From Adineta vaga (lineage: Eukaryota; Animalia; Rotifera), in NCBI GenBank assembly GCA_021613535.1, contig CP075494.1, positions 3,596,001 through 3,660,000 on the forward strand: a DNA stretch of 64,000 nt, read 5' to 3'. The position numbers and the translations under genes are program-made. The notes under the pieces are model-generated. The model saw only the letters and a list, made by a program, of their open reading frames with translations. It searched no databases and was not told where the DNA came from. Shown in pieces: positions 1 to 12,115 of this stretch (positions are counted from its first letter, which is position 1; every line of letters starts with the position of its first letter).

Positions 1-136
1 TTCCTTCAAGAATCAAATTAATTGATACTTATGTTAAGTGTACGATTTTTTCTTCTTCTATGAAAATCAATTGATATATAAGAACACATAATATTACTGT
101 CGAATCATAACGATAGTTTTTCTTTTACTTGAATAA

Positions 137-568
137 ATGACAAAAAAAATGAATTTGATTAAATTAACATTTTATTTGATCTTTACCTTGGAATTAGTGA
201 TAATACATTGTAATGGAGAAAAATTCAAAAACAATAAACAATCTATTGTTAAGCGTGATTGTGTTCCTCTTGGTGGTATATGTGAAAAGTCAAATGATTG
301 TTGTGGCGTTGATGATCCTAATACAGGACATTGTATTGGTTGTTGGCAACATGGTGGATATTTTATTAAATGGGGAAATTATCGTTGTGGTTGTGATCGA
401 ACTAGTTCTGTTGCTATTGATTCAAAGACTTCTGAAATTATTAGTGATATATGTAATGGATACAATAATGATCGAACTCGTTGTGTTACTCGTGTTGCTT
501 CTCCTAAAGATAATAAATCTCGTGGACAAAAATTATTTTGGTATGTTAAAATAATTATATTTCAATAA
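137..568 (+). CDS. Secreted cysteine-rich knottin/ICK-like precursor peptide
   Basis: Hydrophobic signal peptide, short pro-region ending in KR, then C-x6-C-x5-CC plus further Cys. A possible short intron at 541-579 would change the C-terminus to WIREY* (stop at 595). Confidence 0.7.
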   Translation: MTKKMNLIKLTFYLIFTLELVIIHCNGEKFKNNKQSIVKRDCVPLGGICEKSNDCCGVDDPNTGHCIGCWQHGGYFIKWGNYRCGCDRTSSVAIDSKTSEIISDICNGYNNDRTRCVTRVASPKDNKSRGQKLFWYVKIIIFQ

Positions 569-1102
569 ATATGCATTAGGATAAGAGAATATTAATTAAA
601 ACACTGGCGTTGTCAGGGAGAGATAAATCGCCAAATGATCACCGAAATTTAACTATTTCAGAATTTTCATAAAGACCTGTCAAAAGAAGACAGAACAACA
701 AAGCACAGTATTCAATCATATACAAATATTCTTCTTTCGTGTACTCTGATAATTATTAAATTTTATTGAGATAGAAGCAATTTTTGACATTGTATTCGTC
801 CATTTGTCTAAAGCTCTTGGCTTTACCACTGTTATATCGAATATTATACAACTCTATTTTAATTCAATGCCTTTTCTTTTGTTTTCTTAGAAATATTTGG
901 CAAAAAAACAATCTTTTATTATTAACATCGATGAATATTATTTGAATAATCATTTCTTTTTTTTCTTGACTTTATTAACTTTTAATCGTGATAAAATAAA
1001 AATGTATTCGAATCATATTTTGTTCATTTTTCATCGAATTTTACTTGAACAAAAGAATATGTACTACGATTAACTATTTAGAGTAACAATATTTATTATG
1101 AT

Positions 1103-1154
1103 TTGAGGGCGTAGGTGTGTTCGTGGTGTATTTATTGATCAATCACACCCTCAA
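1103..1154. repeat. Telomeric-hexamer palindrome copy
   Basis: ttgagggcgtaggtgtg...cacaccctcaa. Confidence 0.85.
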
Positions 1155-1524
1155 GCTGAAGACTATTCGATTATATAGACATGAGACTCAGGATTCAGAG
1201 GGACATCAATATTGAATCGATGCTATTGAAATGGATGAAAAGAGGGCTTACGTTACCGGAGCTTCGAAAACACATCTTGAGAATGTGAGTAATCGTCTTT
1301 ACAAGTAGAGAGTTACATACACTTCTCTATTTCCCAGTAAATATCGTCTCTTTCTTCGAAATAAAAAAGTATCGAGTGATACGTATATGTGTATGTGTGT
1401 TTCAACAACGATTTCTGATTTTATTATCATCTAATAGAAGAAAATTATATTGAAAATAATTATGAAAAAAAAAGATTTAAAAAAAATTGTCCATGTGAAC
1501 GTTGTTAATTATTTCGTTAGAAGA

Positions 1525-1947
1525 TTATGTGAAGTTTTCGATTCTTGTTGGTAATGATCCTTGTCGTGCCCATACACGGATCATAGTTCCTCCTGGAAAC
1601 ATTCTGTTTACAGTATCCCCTTCACGTTGAGCATCCTCCGTGAAATCGAACAAAACAACTTTCACTCGTCTATCAGCTGTACGAAAAGTTTTACGACAAT
1701 AGAATCGATTGTTGTCTTTGACTTTCGCAGTTTGTATGAGTTGATAACCAGGATAATGATTAGCCAACCATTGTTCTACCATCTTGTTTCTTATTTCACG
1801 ATCTGGTCCTCTGATTTTCACTACTCTTGGAGATCTGTTATGGTCTACAAAGATTGGTTGCCGTATTGAATGTTGATATGGTCTAAAACAGGTATTTTCT
1901 AATTTTTGTCAAAAGAATTTATACAAAAGTTTATACCTGTACGACAT
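1525..1947 (-). CDS. Small uncharacterised protein, two coding exons (1947-1937, 1882-1525)
   Basis: GT-AG intron 1936-1883 joins MSYR in frame to PYQHSIRQ...WLANHYPGYQL...VLFDFT. Confidence 0.6.
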
Positions 1948-2589
1948 TATTATACTTGGTCGATATTTCACAACGGTGATACTAAAACAAAAAGAAAGAT
2001 GGATTCAGTTGGTCAATTAAGGATATCGAAGTATTGGTAAGTTTACTTATTATGAATAGATTGACTACTGAGAAATTGTAATTTAACTGCAAATGTCTCC
2101 CCTTTTATATGTTGGTTTGCTCAGAAAATTTCCAACTTAATAGTTAACGGCGTAATAGATCGTATCATTGATCGCAATACATAAACAAGATAGGAAGTGA
2201 GTAATAACTATATAATGAAAATAAATCCTTCGTAACTTGATTTACTATTTCAGCAATTAAAAAATCTCATAAAATTGAAAGTATTTCAAGTAAATCATAA
2301 CTCTTTAATAATACATTAAATTATTTTAATTGTAAGTCGCAACTTCTCTTCATCTTTCGAATAATGTCAGTTCATATAAAAAACGCAATACACGTAAATG
2401 CAGAAAAACAACAAAAAATAAAAATCAAGGTTGCTCTTTGTTGATGACATGTAGTCAATGCGCAAAGCGTATCATTTAATTGGAAAAAGGAAGTAAAATA
2501 CATACGAATATAAACATTATGGGAACTGTTTAACGATAAAAGTAAAGAGAAATATTTTCGATATTATAGCCTATTCTACGAGTAATTGT

Positions 2590-3163
2590 GACCAGTATTA
2601 TGTAAGAACGAGCACCAATTGGTACCAATTCATTAGCTTGTCGAAAGAGTAATGAAAGTTCCGTATTATCATTTTGCTCAGCAAAACCATCTATCCATGC
2701 GGAAAAATTGAATCAAACTTTCTGATAATCAATGAGAAGAGGAGCGATGAAATATTTTGTGTTCGACATTTGCCACATTGAAGTAGTATTCGATACATTG
2801 TCCGTAGAAATAGCATTGTCCTCAACCACTACAAAAAAGGACATTTTTTAGAACGATTTCTAGAATATTTATGCTTTACTTAGCTCCTGGATCTGTAACA
2901 GAAACACTGGGATTACTTCTGTTATAATATACTTGTGTTATACTTCCATTATACATCCAGTCTTTGGAGTGTGTAATATAATTACCTGCCGTACATGATC
3001 CATTTTCTCCATTTCTGTTTTTCACCAAATTAGTATCGGGCACTGAGTATTAACTATTCACTATTCCAATCATGATATTATTTTCGATTTTACCAATTCT
3101 AATAGAATAATAAATAGTAACAAAAAAAATAACAAAATTACAAAATTACAAATAACGAAACAT
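2590..3163 (-). pseudogene. Degraded gene, possibly with a carbohydrate-binding-like domain
   Basis: Exon-like segments NGENGSC...WMYNGSITQVYY and V*FNFSAWIDG..Q.D...VPIGAR, with an in-frame TGA at 2713-2715. Boundaries are approximate. Confidence 0.4.
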
Positions 3164-3260
3164 ATTTAGTAGCTTTGTAATATTTCTTTTTTCGTTTAAC
3201 AAACAAAAAAAAGTTTTATATCGATTGTCATTAAATATTTAATGGAGAAAAAACAGCATT

Positions 3261-3312
3261 TAGAGGGTGTGGATGGGTGTGCGTATGACATCTATCGAAC
3301 ACCCACACCCTA
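3261..3312. repeat. Telomeric-hexamer palindrome copy
   Basis: gagggtgtggatgggtgt...cacccacaccct. Confidence 0.85.
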
Positions 3313-3691
3313 AAATCTCTTGAAAACCGTGGAATTACGCTGATTGTTGGTAGTATATATTCTCTTTTCTATCAATCAATTATATGGACGTTATGCACAA
3401 ACACGTGAACCTTCGTGGAAGCTGGTTGTTTCGTCAAGATGATTTTGAAGGTCTTGATTGAGTCATTTTAGAGTTAAAAAAAAGGATTTTTTTTATAAAC
3501 ATACGTGTAACATTAAAATAGCAGCTCCCATATATGACATCTATACATCTTATAGTCCTCTTGCTTATTCGATGGTTGTGTAATAACCAATCTTTTTTTA
3601 TTTCATTCTTTATATACATTAAAAGTACGACTAAAGTAGAATGCAATTATAATTTTAAATTATAGACATTTTTATCAATAAAAACAAGATA

Positions 3692-6079
3692 ATGACATCA
3701 TTTCTAACATTACCAATAGAATTAGTTTATAGAATTCTGGATAATCTTGATAAATTGACTATCTTCTGTTCTATGCAAAATGTTTGTGTACGTTTCAATA
3801 TTATTCTAAATACTTATCATCGATATAAAGTAAATCTTTTTTATCTATAAATGTACATCTTCATGTACGAAAACTGTTTTCATTCACACAGACACTCACT
3901 AAACTCGATCTTCGTTGGAATGAATTTAACAATGAAAAAACAAAAGAACTGGTGGACACTATAAAACACTTTAAAGTATATCTTCGATTTCTTCTTTTCA
4001 TTCAATTCTTCTTTCAATATTTTATATAGACACTCATCACATTGAATCTTGCTTTTAATGAAATCGGTTTAGAAGGAGTTCAACATCTTGCAAATGCTTT
4101 GCTACATAATGAAGTAATAATTTTCTTCAAAAAAGTAATAATGCATATATATTGTTTAATAAAGACACTTATTACACTAGATATTAGTTTTAATGGAATT
4201 GGTACACAATTAGCGGAATATTTTGCTAATGTTTTACGACAGAATAAAGTATTGTTCTTCCTTTTTCTTATGTCGATTTTTTATTTATTCATTATTTCAC
4301 ACAGACACTTACTACACTTCGTTTATCGGGTAATGAAATTGGTGAACAAGGAGTTCAACATCTTGCTAATGCTTTATTACAAAATAAAGTATACATATTT
4401 CTTTCTATTCTTTATTTTTGAATTAATTAATTAATTAATTAATTGGGATAGACACTTACTGGTTTATATCTTAATTCAAATCAAATCGGTGATCTTGGAT
4501 TTAAACATCTTATCAATGTTTTGCAACACAACAAAGTAACATTTCTCTTTCATCTATTGTTTTTCTTATTATTTAACAAAAGACACTCAATTCACTTGAT
4601 ATTGGACATAATGAAATTGGCTCATTAGAAGCGATAGAGCATCTTGCTAATGTTCTACGAGAAAATCAAGTAATATCATCCTATCCAGATAAATCCTATA
4701 ACACTCATCTACTATATCACATAGACACTCAAAACACTTGATCTTCGGAATAATAATATTGGTATTCAAGGAATGCAATATCTTGCTAGTGCACTTATTA
4801 AAAATACAGTAATATTTTTAATCGTATGTCTTTTGAATACTCATTTCATCAGAATAACATATAGACACTTATTGAATTGAATATCCATGAGAATAATATC
4901 GGTGTAGAAGGAGCACAATATCTACGAAATATTCTTCAACAAAATGAAGTAATATAATCTTTTTCAAAGCGATCATTTGTTTTGTTTTTTATAGACACTT
5001 ATGATATTGGATATTGGTTCTAATCACATTGGTAATCGAGGAGCACACGATTTTGCCGATGGTTTACGTCAAAATTATGTATCATCTTTTTTATTTTCAT
5101 TGTGTTAGTCAATAGCTTTGTATTTCTCGTATAGACACTTACTACACTTGATATCTGTCAAAATGGAGTAGGTTCAGAGGGAGCTGAACATCTTGCTAAT
5201 GCTTTACAACAAAATAAGGTATTTATTTTTTCCCCATCACTATCCCATATTATTCCATTTAGGCACTTATTTCACTTGATCTTAATGGAAATCAAATTGG
5301 ACCACGAGGAGCAGAATATTTTGCTAATACTCTACGATACAATAAAGTATCATTGTTTTTCTTAATTCTATCACCTATTTATTATTGTATTCAGACACTT
5401 ACAACACTTGATCTTTATGGAAATCGAATTAGATCAGAAGGTGCACAATATCTCGCCATTGCTTTAGAACAAAATAAAGTAATAAATAATGATTATATCA
5501 TCTCTTTTATTTATTTTATATCAACGTTTTCACAAAGACACTCACTACACTAGGTCTTTCATGTAATTCAATTAATGATAACGGAGTACAATATTTTGCT
5601 AATGCTCTATTACAGAATAAAGTATTTCTTTCCTTTCTAATCTACTTTTCCTTTTTTATTTTTAATAATTTATTTGATAAAGACACTCAAAAATCTTGAG
5701 TTACGTGAGAATAATATTGGTTCACAAGGAGTAGAATATATTGCTATTGCTCTAAAACAAAACAAAGTAATATTTATAATCTTTCTTTATTTTTATATTC
5801 AATCATTCATTGACTATTCAACATAGACACTCATTTCAATTGATTTGCGTTCGAATCATATTGGTGCACAAGGGGTGCAGTATTTGGCTAAAGCTCTACA
5901 ACAGAATCAAGTATAAATTTCTTGTTTCATTTTATATTACTATTATTTTAATATGTTATTTTATATAGACATTACGTACACTTAACATTATTAACAATAG
6001 TATTCTTGATGAAGGAAAACGGTATGCTAAAGACATACTGAAACATAATTCACATCTTGAATTACATTTCAATTATTAA
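3692..6079 (+). CDS. F-box-like plus ribonuclease-inhibitor-type LRR protein (about 17 exons)
   Basis: Exon 1 (3692-3829) reads LTLPIELVYRILDNL. It is followed by about 15 phase-0 exons of 84 nt (TLxxLxLxxNxIGxxGxxxLAxxLxxN) and a last exon 5969-6079. Confidence 0.9.
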
Positions 6080-6175
6080 GAAACTATAAACTATTATATG
6101 TAATAGAAATTCTTACAAAGCATCGAAAAGAAATTTCTTTTTAATTTGAAAACTTCTTTCTAAAATAAAACTTCC

Positions 6176-6221
6176 ATCTTGAGGGTGTACATGAGCCTAT
6201 GCTCTTAAACCACACCCTAAA
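6176..6221. repeat. Telomeric-hexamer palindrome copy
   Basis: atcttgagggtgt...ccacaccct; a weaker copy lies at 6601-6641. Confidence 0.8.
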
Positions 6222-6751
6222 AAATTCAATATTTCCCTTATTGCTCAACCAAAAAAGCTGATTTTTTTATCAATAACAGAGAAACATCTAAGTTTTATAC
6301 CCATGTGAATATGGTTGATAAGAATCTATGCTAAGTATCACTATTCACTTCAACAAAAAAGTTTTACTTTTTCACCGATAGGAAAAGAAAACAATTTACT
6401 CAACAAAGCTTCTCATGTGTTTTGTCCCTATGAATTTAGAATGTAAACATGTCTCTAATCTTCGTAAAAAATCAGCTCATTTACTCAAACTGTAAGGGAG
6501 ATATTCAATTTTTTTTTGAGTGCATGACTTTTGGGCCATCCTGTATTTTATGTAGAATATATTTACCACTTGATGAATGATTCTTCTAACCGAATCAAAA
6601 TCTTAAGGGTGGTAGTTATTTCTTCATACACAACCACTCAATTATAAGAGTACCTATGATTCCAAGTATTCCTGTGAATTCCTTGGATATATATAGTTTA
6701 TGTGCTTCGTTTGTGACCTTCGAATCATCTGAACAAGTACTACTACTTAAA

Positions 6752-6796
6752 GCCGTCTGAAGAGTCCTTTATCAGGGACGAAATCATGATAACGGT
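6752..6796 (+). ncRNA. Type I hammerhead ribozyme (Penelope-like element type)
   Basis: GCCGT-CTGAAGA-GTCCTT(TATC)AGGGAC-GAAA-TCATGA-TA-ACGGT. The core is intact, stems I and II pair, stem III is palindromic, and AATAAA lies about 30 bp downstream. Confidence 0.8.
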
Positions 6797-7443
6797 AGCT
6801 ATACTCACACACAACATTAGTAGAAATAAATTTAAACAATATATACTTGACTTTTTCTATTTATATTTCCGTTACCTGGTGTAAACAAAATAAAAATAAA
6901 TAAACAAAATAAATATGCTGACTATTAGGTGAACTGCATACAGTGTTTTCGCAAATTCACTATAAAAGTGAGCACACAGCCGTCGTATCAACCGCATGTA
7001 TACAGCATTCGTATACTGCCGTTTACGACTGACAATATTCAGCCTGAGATGTCAAATGCATAATAAAAAAATTAAAAAAAGTTTATCACAAATCCTGATA
7101 CCCTGTATCTATCCTTAAATCCAGTCCACATTTGTCGGTAATGACATCGAAAACGGAAAGCAGTGACTAATTAGTGATTTTGATTTAGAGATTACTCAAA
7201 GGTAAGAAGAATCATATTTAAAATTGTAACAGATCTCAATCAAGGAATGGAACTGTTCAATCATTCAGTTCTGTATGAAAAATCTGGAATTGGTCGCCAG
7301 ATTCTCCAGTTTAATAACAGACTGATTACTAGCTCAAAAGATTCTTGAATCAACAGAGAATTAGAATGGCATTGCTTATGTATGCATGCATGTATGTATA
7401 GACGGAAAATGAGAGCGATAATATCAATAAATTAGGCGCCCAT

Positions 7444-9350
7444 TCAAAAACAATAATAATCATCATCAGCATCCATTTTATTATCTTCGAGCAGAAGTCT
7501 GGTGAGCGTCTGTGAAAGATAATGAATGAATAGTTGAATGAAAAACCGACTGATGAGAATCGTATTACTTTGTTTTCCTGTAAAGCATTCGCAAGATATT
7601 GCACTCCTTCGGGACCGATATTATTAGACGAGACGTCAAGGGTGGTCAGTGTCTGTGAAAGATCATGCATGACTAGTTGAATGAAAACAGAGTGACGAGA
7701 ATCGTATTACTCTGTTTTGTTGTAACGCATTTCCAAGATGCTGCGCTCCTTCAGGACCGATTTCATTCGACAGCAGATCAAGTGTGGTGAGTGCCTGTGA
7801 TACAAAGTCAGTGAATAGTTGAAAGGAAAATAGATTGCTGAGAATTGCCTTACTTTGTTTTTTTGTAGTGCACTTGCAAGATATTGCGCTCCTTGATCAC
7901 CGATTCGATTAGACGAGAGGTTGAGTGTGACGAGTGTCTGTGAAACATAATGAATGAATAGTTCAGTGGACAACAGAGTGATGAAGATTGTATTACTTCG
8001 TTTTGTTGTAGTGCATTTGCAAGATATTGCGCTCCTTCAGGACCGATTCTATTATCCCAGAGATTAAGTGTGGTGAGAGTCTGTGAAACATAATCAGTGA
8101 GTAGTTAAATGGAAAATATAGTGATGAGAATCGTGTTACTCTGTTTTGTTTTAGCGCATTTGCAAGATATTGCGCTCCTTCAGAACCGATTTGATTAGAC
8201 GAGACGTTCAGTGTGGTGAGTGTCTGTGAAACATAGCGAGTAAATAGTTAAATGGAAAACCGCGTGGTGAGAATCGTGTTACTTTGTTTTGTTGTAGAGC
8301 ATTTCCAAGCTTTTGTGCTCCTTCAGATCCAATTCGATTATACCAGAGGTTAAGCGTGGTGAGTGTCTGTGAAACATAGCGAGTAAATAGTTAAATGGAA
8401 AACAGAGTGATGAGAATCGTATTACTTTGTTTTTCTGTAGAGCATTTGCGAGATGCTGCGCTCCTTCAGAACCGATTTGATTAGACGAGAGATTAAGTGT
8501 GATAAGTGTCTGCGAAACATAGTGAGTGAATAATTGAACAGGAAAGAGAGTGATGGGAAACGCCTTACTTTGTTTTGTTGTAGCGCATTTGCAAGATATT
8601 GTGCTCTCTCTGGACCGATTTCATTATACTGGAGGTTAAGTGTAGTGAATACCTGTAAGGATGAATAAGAGATAGATTATCGAAAGATATGATAAGCAGG
8701 ATCATGATGGAGTGCTCATCTTGAGGGTGTAGCTGCAGGTTTAGGTAAAGGTGGAATATGAATATCCTTACCCATACGCTCGAGACAATTAGTTTTGATT
8801 TTTACTCATATCATTAGCATATAACATGTCACTAGATTTTTTATTCAAGTAATTATCATAATGTATGCTAGTACACTACAATTTATTTCTTACAATTGAT
8901 TAGCACGTACTGGGATTTATCGAAATTTTTAATAAATCCTCATACATTTTGAGATAAATTTCATATTATTTTAGAGAGCGAGAGCCTAATGAGAATAGAA
9001 CTCATGCCGTAGTTAGAGAGAGAGGGCGAGTGCGATGAAATGCTGATGCAGCTAATAAGTGCAACTAAAAACAGTACTGATAGAGTTTAAAATCGAAAAC
9101 TCTTTTACTCAAGACGGTAAAATAAAGTTGCAATTCATTCATATATATTCGCAAAAAGAACAATTCGCTTAGATAATGGATGTGTCTTCTTAGTAAAACC
9201 AAGAATTACCTGATACCGATGGTACGTATCTGTGATATCGTTAAGTCTTGTACAGACGTTTTCGCATGACAGAAAAATTGTTTTCTCATCGAGATTGTCG
9301 AGAATCCGGTAGACCAACTCGATCGGTAATGTATGAAGCGATGGAGTCAT
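7444..9350 (-). CDS. F-box-like plus RI-type LRR protein, paralog of 3692-6079
   Basis: Exon 1 (9350-9210) reads LHTLPIELVYRILDNL. A 557-bp intron is followed by eight 84-nt LRR exons and a last exon ending at TGA 7444-7446. Confidence 0.88.
7510..8654. repeat. Tandem exon+intron unit of about 143 bp, 8 copies
   Basis: The introns share sequence (gtctgtgaaacata...tagttaaatggaaaa...gatgagaatcgt.ttac) as well as the exons. Confidence 0.85.
8719..8785. repeat. Telomeric-hexamer palindrome copy (in LRR intron 1)
   Basis: tcttgagggtgt...acccatacgctcgaga. Confidence 0.8.
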
Positions 9351-10249
9351 ATTGCGAAAGATTGATGTTGTTTCTGTTGAAATGTTTGCTTTATGATCGT
9401 GTGTTATTTTTTGAATGTTCTTTTACAAATAAAGTGCCACAAAATTTCTTGTCCTTACATAAAAATGCCAAGGTGAATAGAAATGGTAAAAGAACAGCCT
9501 TCTTAAAAAGAACTGCGCACTATTATTTTTTCTCTCAATTCTATGCAAAGTTTTGGACGGTTTCCATGTTGATTTTTCATTTTTCTTCAAAAAAGGAAGT
9601 TTGGTAGTCTTAGTTCTCTCCAGCTTGCTGTTTTCAAGACAAGGATAGAGCGTTTTTACGCGTTTCACAGCGCACATTTCTATGCTGTAAAACGTGTTTT
9701 TTACAACAATTTGTCTGTTAGGATACCTATCACTGTAAAAAACAGCGGAGTACGAAATTCTTAGAGGATTTTTCAGCGTACAACGACCAATATACCGTTC
9801 AAACCGTATGAGTGAGTGTATGAAAATAAGATGCGAAGAAGAATAGTTTACATGTATGAGGATAAGTAAAAAAACGCTAATTTTTGTTTTATAACGGATA
9901 TTATCAGAAAAAAATAGTATGTTAAAAATCTATTTTAAACGGATAGATCTCTTGAAAATCCTAGCGAAAAGTCTTTATTGACGGTTGTAATGCGAATGAA
10001 TCGATTCGTGTAGATCGATTAACTACTAAAGGTACTAATTCTACTCACTCAACTTGGTTTGATGTTAAATAATTAATTGACTCGGATTGATTGAAATAAG
10101 AGCAGTTGCTAAGTTAGAGAATAAACCTGAGATTACACGCATATGTTTATCCGTTCGATCAGCTAGATAAAAATAAATTTTATTAACGAAAAATAAAATG
10201 TTTTACCTTTGAAAATAACTGACTTAAAATTTTAACTACACGTTACCGA

Positions 10250-10824
10250 TGCATTATCATTCGTCAATATATGAAGAATTTGGAATCAACTGCGGAAATG
10301 TTTTTTCTTCATTACAATCATCATCCTTATTGTTAGCAATCGATTTAGAGCTTTTTTTTCACTTGACGACTGAGTTAATGCTTTTTGTGTTTGCTTTCAA
10401 TTGCTAACAGTTTCTGAAAACGATAGCGGTTGTTCGACTGCCTAACTGGATCTTCATTGAACTAAAATTAATAAAACGTGTGCAGTTAAATTTCAAAGAG
10501 AAAAAAACTTACTCACGTGAATCGATATTAGTGCCTAAGTGTGAGTCATTATCCATAATTGAACAACTAACATTTGCGGCTGTCGAAGAATATGAGAATG
10601 ATGAAGTATCTTTATCTTGAGATATAGATTGACGATCAACATGCTTTGTTGTTGCTATTGTTGGACTATCCCTAGCTAAACTTGCACTGTTTGATTTATT
10701 TCGGTTTTTTTCCAAAGATATATCACTTTGCCTCTCTTGCATAAAATTACGAATACCAGTTGAGAGAAATCGTTTAATATTAAAGACAATTGCATACATT
10801 GCCAACAAAAGTGCTAAACTATCA
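10250..10824 (-). pseudogene. Gene fragment of unknown family abutting a telomeric palindrome
   Basis: An open frame starts at the palindrome edge, has a splice donor near 10512, and the downstream exon-like sequence contains stops. Confidence 0.3.
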
Positions 10825-10880
10825 TCTTGAGGGTATGGGTTTAGATAAAGGTCAAATACGAATACCGTCACCCATACCCT
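10825..10880. repeat. Telomeric-hexamer palindrome copy
   Basis: tcttgagggtatgggt...acccataccct. Confidence 0.88.
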
Positions 10881-12115
10881 TTAATTTCGCTTTTCCTTCC
10901 TTGTAAAATACACATAACTAAATCAACAAAATATTAATTCATATATATCAGCTGGTATGAGCGTAAGGCGATGACGAAAAACGGATCCTAGATGTGAGGG
11001 TGGTCTGTTTTCTTATTTTTCTGCGAATTGACATGTGATTCTACAAAGGGTAAGCAAAACATTTTCCATATTTACAACAATGTTATCTTCAAGAAATTAT
11101 TTAGTAACGTATTCAACAGAAAAAAATTCGAAAAATTTTGAAAGTATGAGATAAGTAGGGGTAGGGCGTGGACAAATGCTAACGATTTTATGGGAGTCAA
11201 ATATTTATTTGCATTCACGCTCAGCCATGTCCATACGGCCATCTATATCTACATCCACTTTGTCACTCTAACCTAAACACTTAATCTTTATTTCAATTCC
11301 GCAGGATTTGACTATTTCAAACGAAATCATGCGATTGAGTTTAGCCTTTTCACAAGTTATAAATGAGATATGTGATGAAAATCTCTTATAAAACAGCGCT
11401 CTCTCATACTAATAAATACAGTAAAAACTCCTATTTATCCTTAGAATATAATAGCATACACATTCTGAATGATTGGATTATAAACCATTGCGCGAAAATA
11501 GTTTCTCCCCAAATACCAAGAACAAAAAAGTTGAAAAATCGTCATCGCCTTACGAAATATTATATCAACAAGTGAATTATTGCTAAATAAAAATATTTGT
11601 ATTTTATAGCCCACAAAAAGTTAGCTTTGTACAACTAGTTCTTATACAAAAAATATCAAAGGTTGATGGGCAGAAAAAAACAATAACTGATTTTTCGTAA
11701 CGCGATGACGCTATAAAAAGAGAAGTTTTGTAGATCGCCACCAAGACGGATAACAAAGTATTAGAAACGAATTGTTTCACACAAAGGTATTTCTCTCAGT
11801 ACAGAGTTCCTTGAGAATAATTAGCTTCGTATCCGTGAACTCGTTCCAATGCATGGGTCTTATAAATTAGAACACCAAATATATGCGCTTTTTGCTACAT
11901 ATTGAAGTGTCACGTTACGCGTACAAACTGACATATATGAATATCCGTAGAATATCGAGATACAAGAATAGTTTCATAAAGACATTACATCAAGATAAAT
12001 CAATCCAATTGTGAATGTATATAATTGTTTTCTGTGATTGAGCATGAAACATTTTTCTACACACTAGATTTAATATATTTTTTTAAGAAAACAAAAACCC
12101 AATATATCAAAATGT

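Noticed and set aside
213-554. Hydrophobic 113-aa ORF and similar overlapping ORFs (e.g. 1561, 22575, 28067, 30111)
   Set aside because: They are alternative-frame or antisense shadows of better-supported genes in AT-rich DNA.
6515-6546. Tc1/mariner-like end (tgacttttggccatcctgta-like)
   Set aside because: No matching second TIR or transposase was found.
7510-8654. Regular repeats of about 143 bp resembling a CRISPR array
   Set aside because: They are LRR exons plus introns with GT-AG ends, and no cas genes are present.
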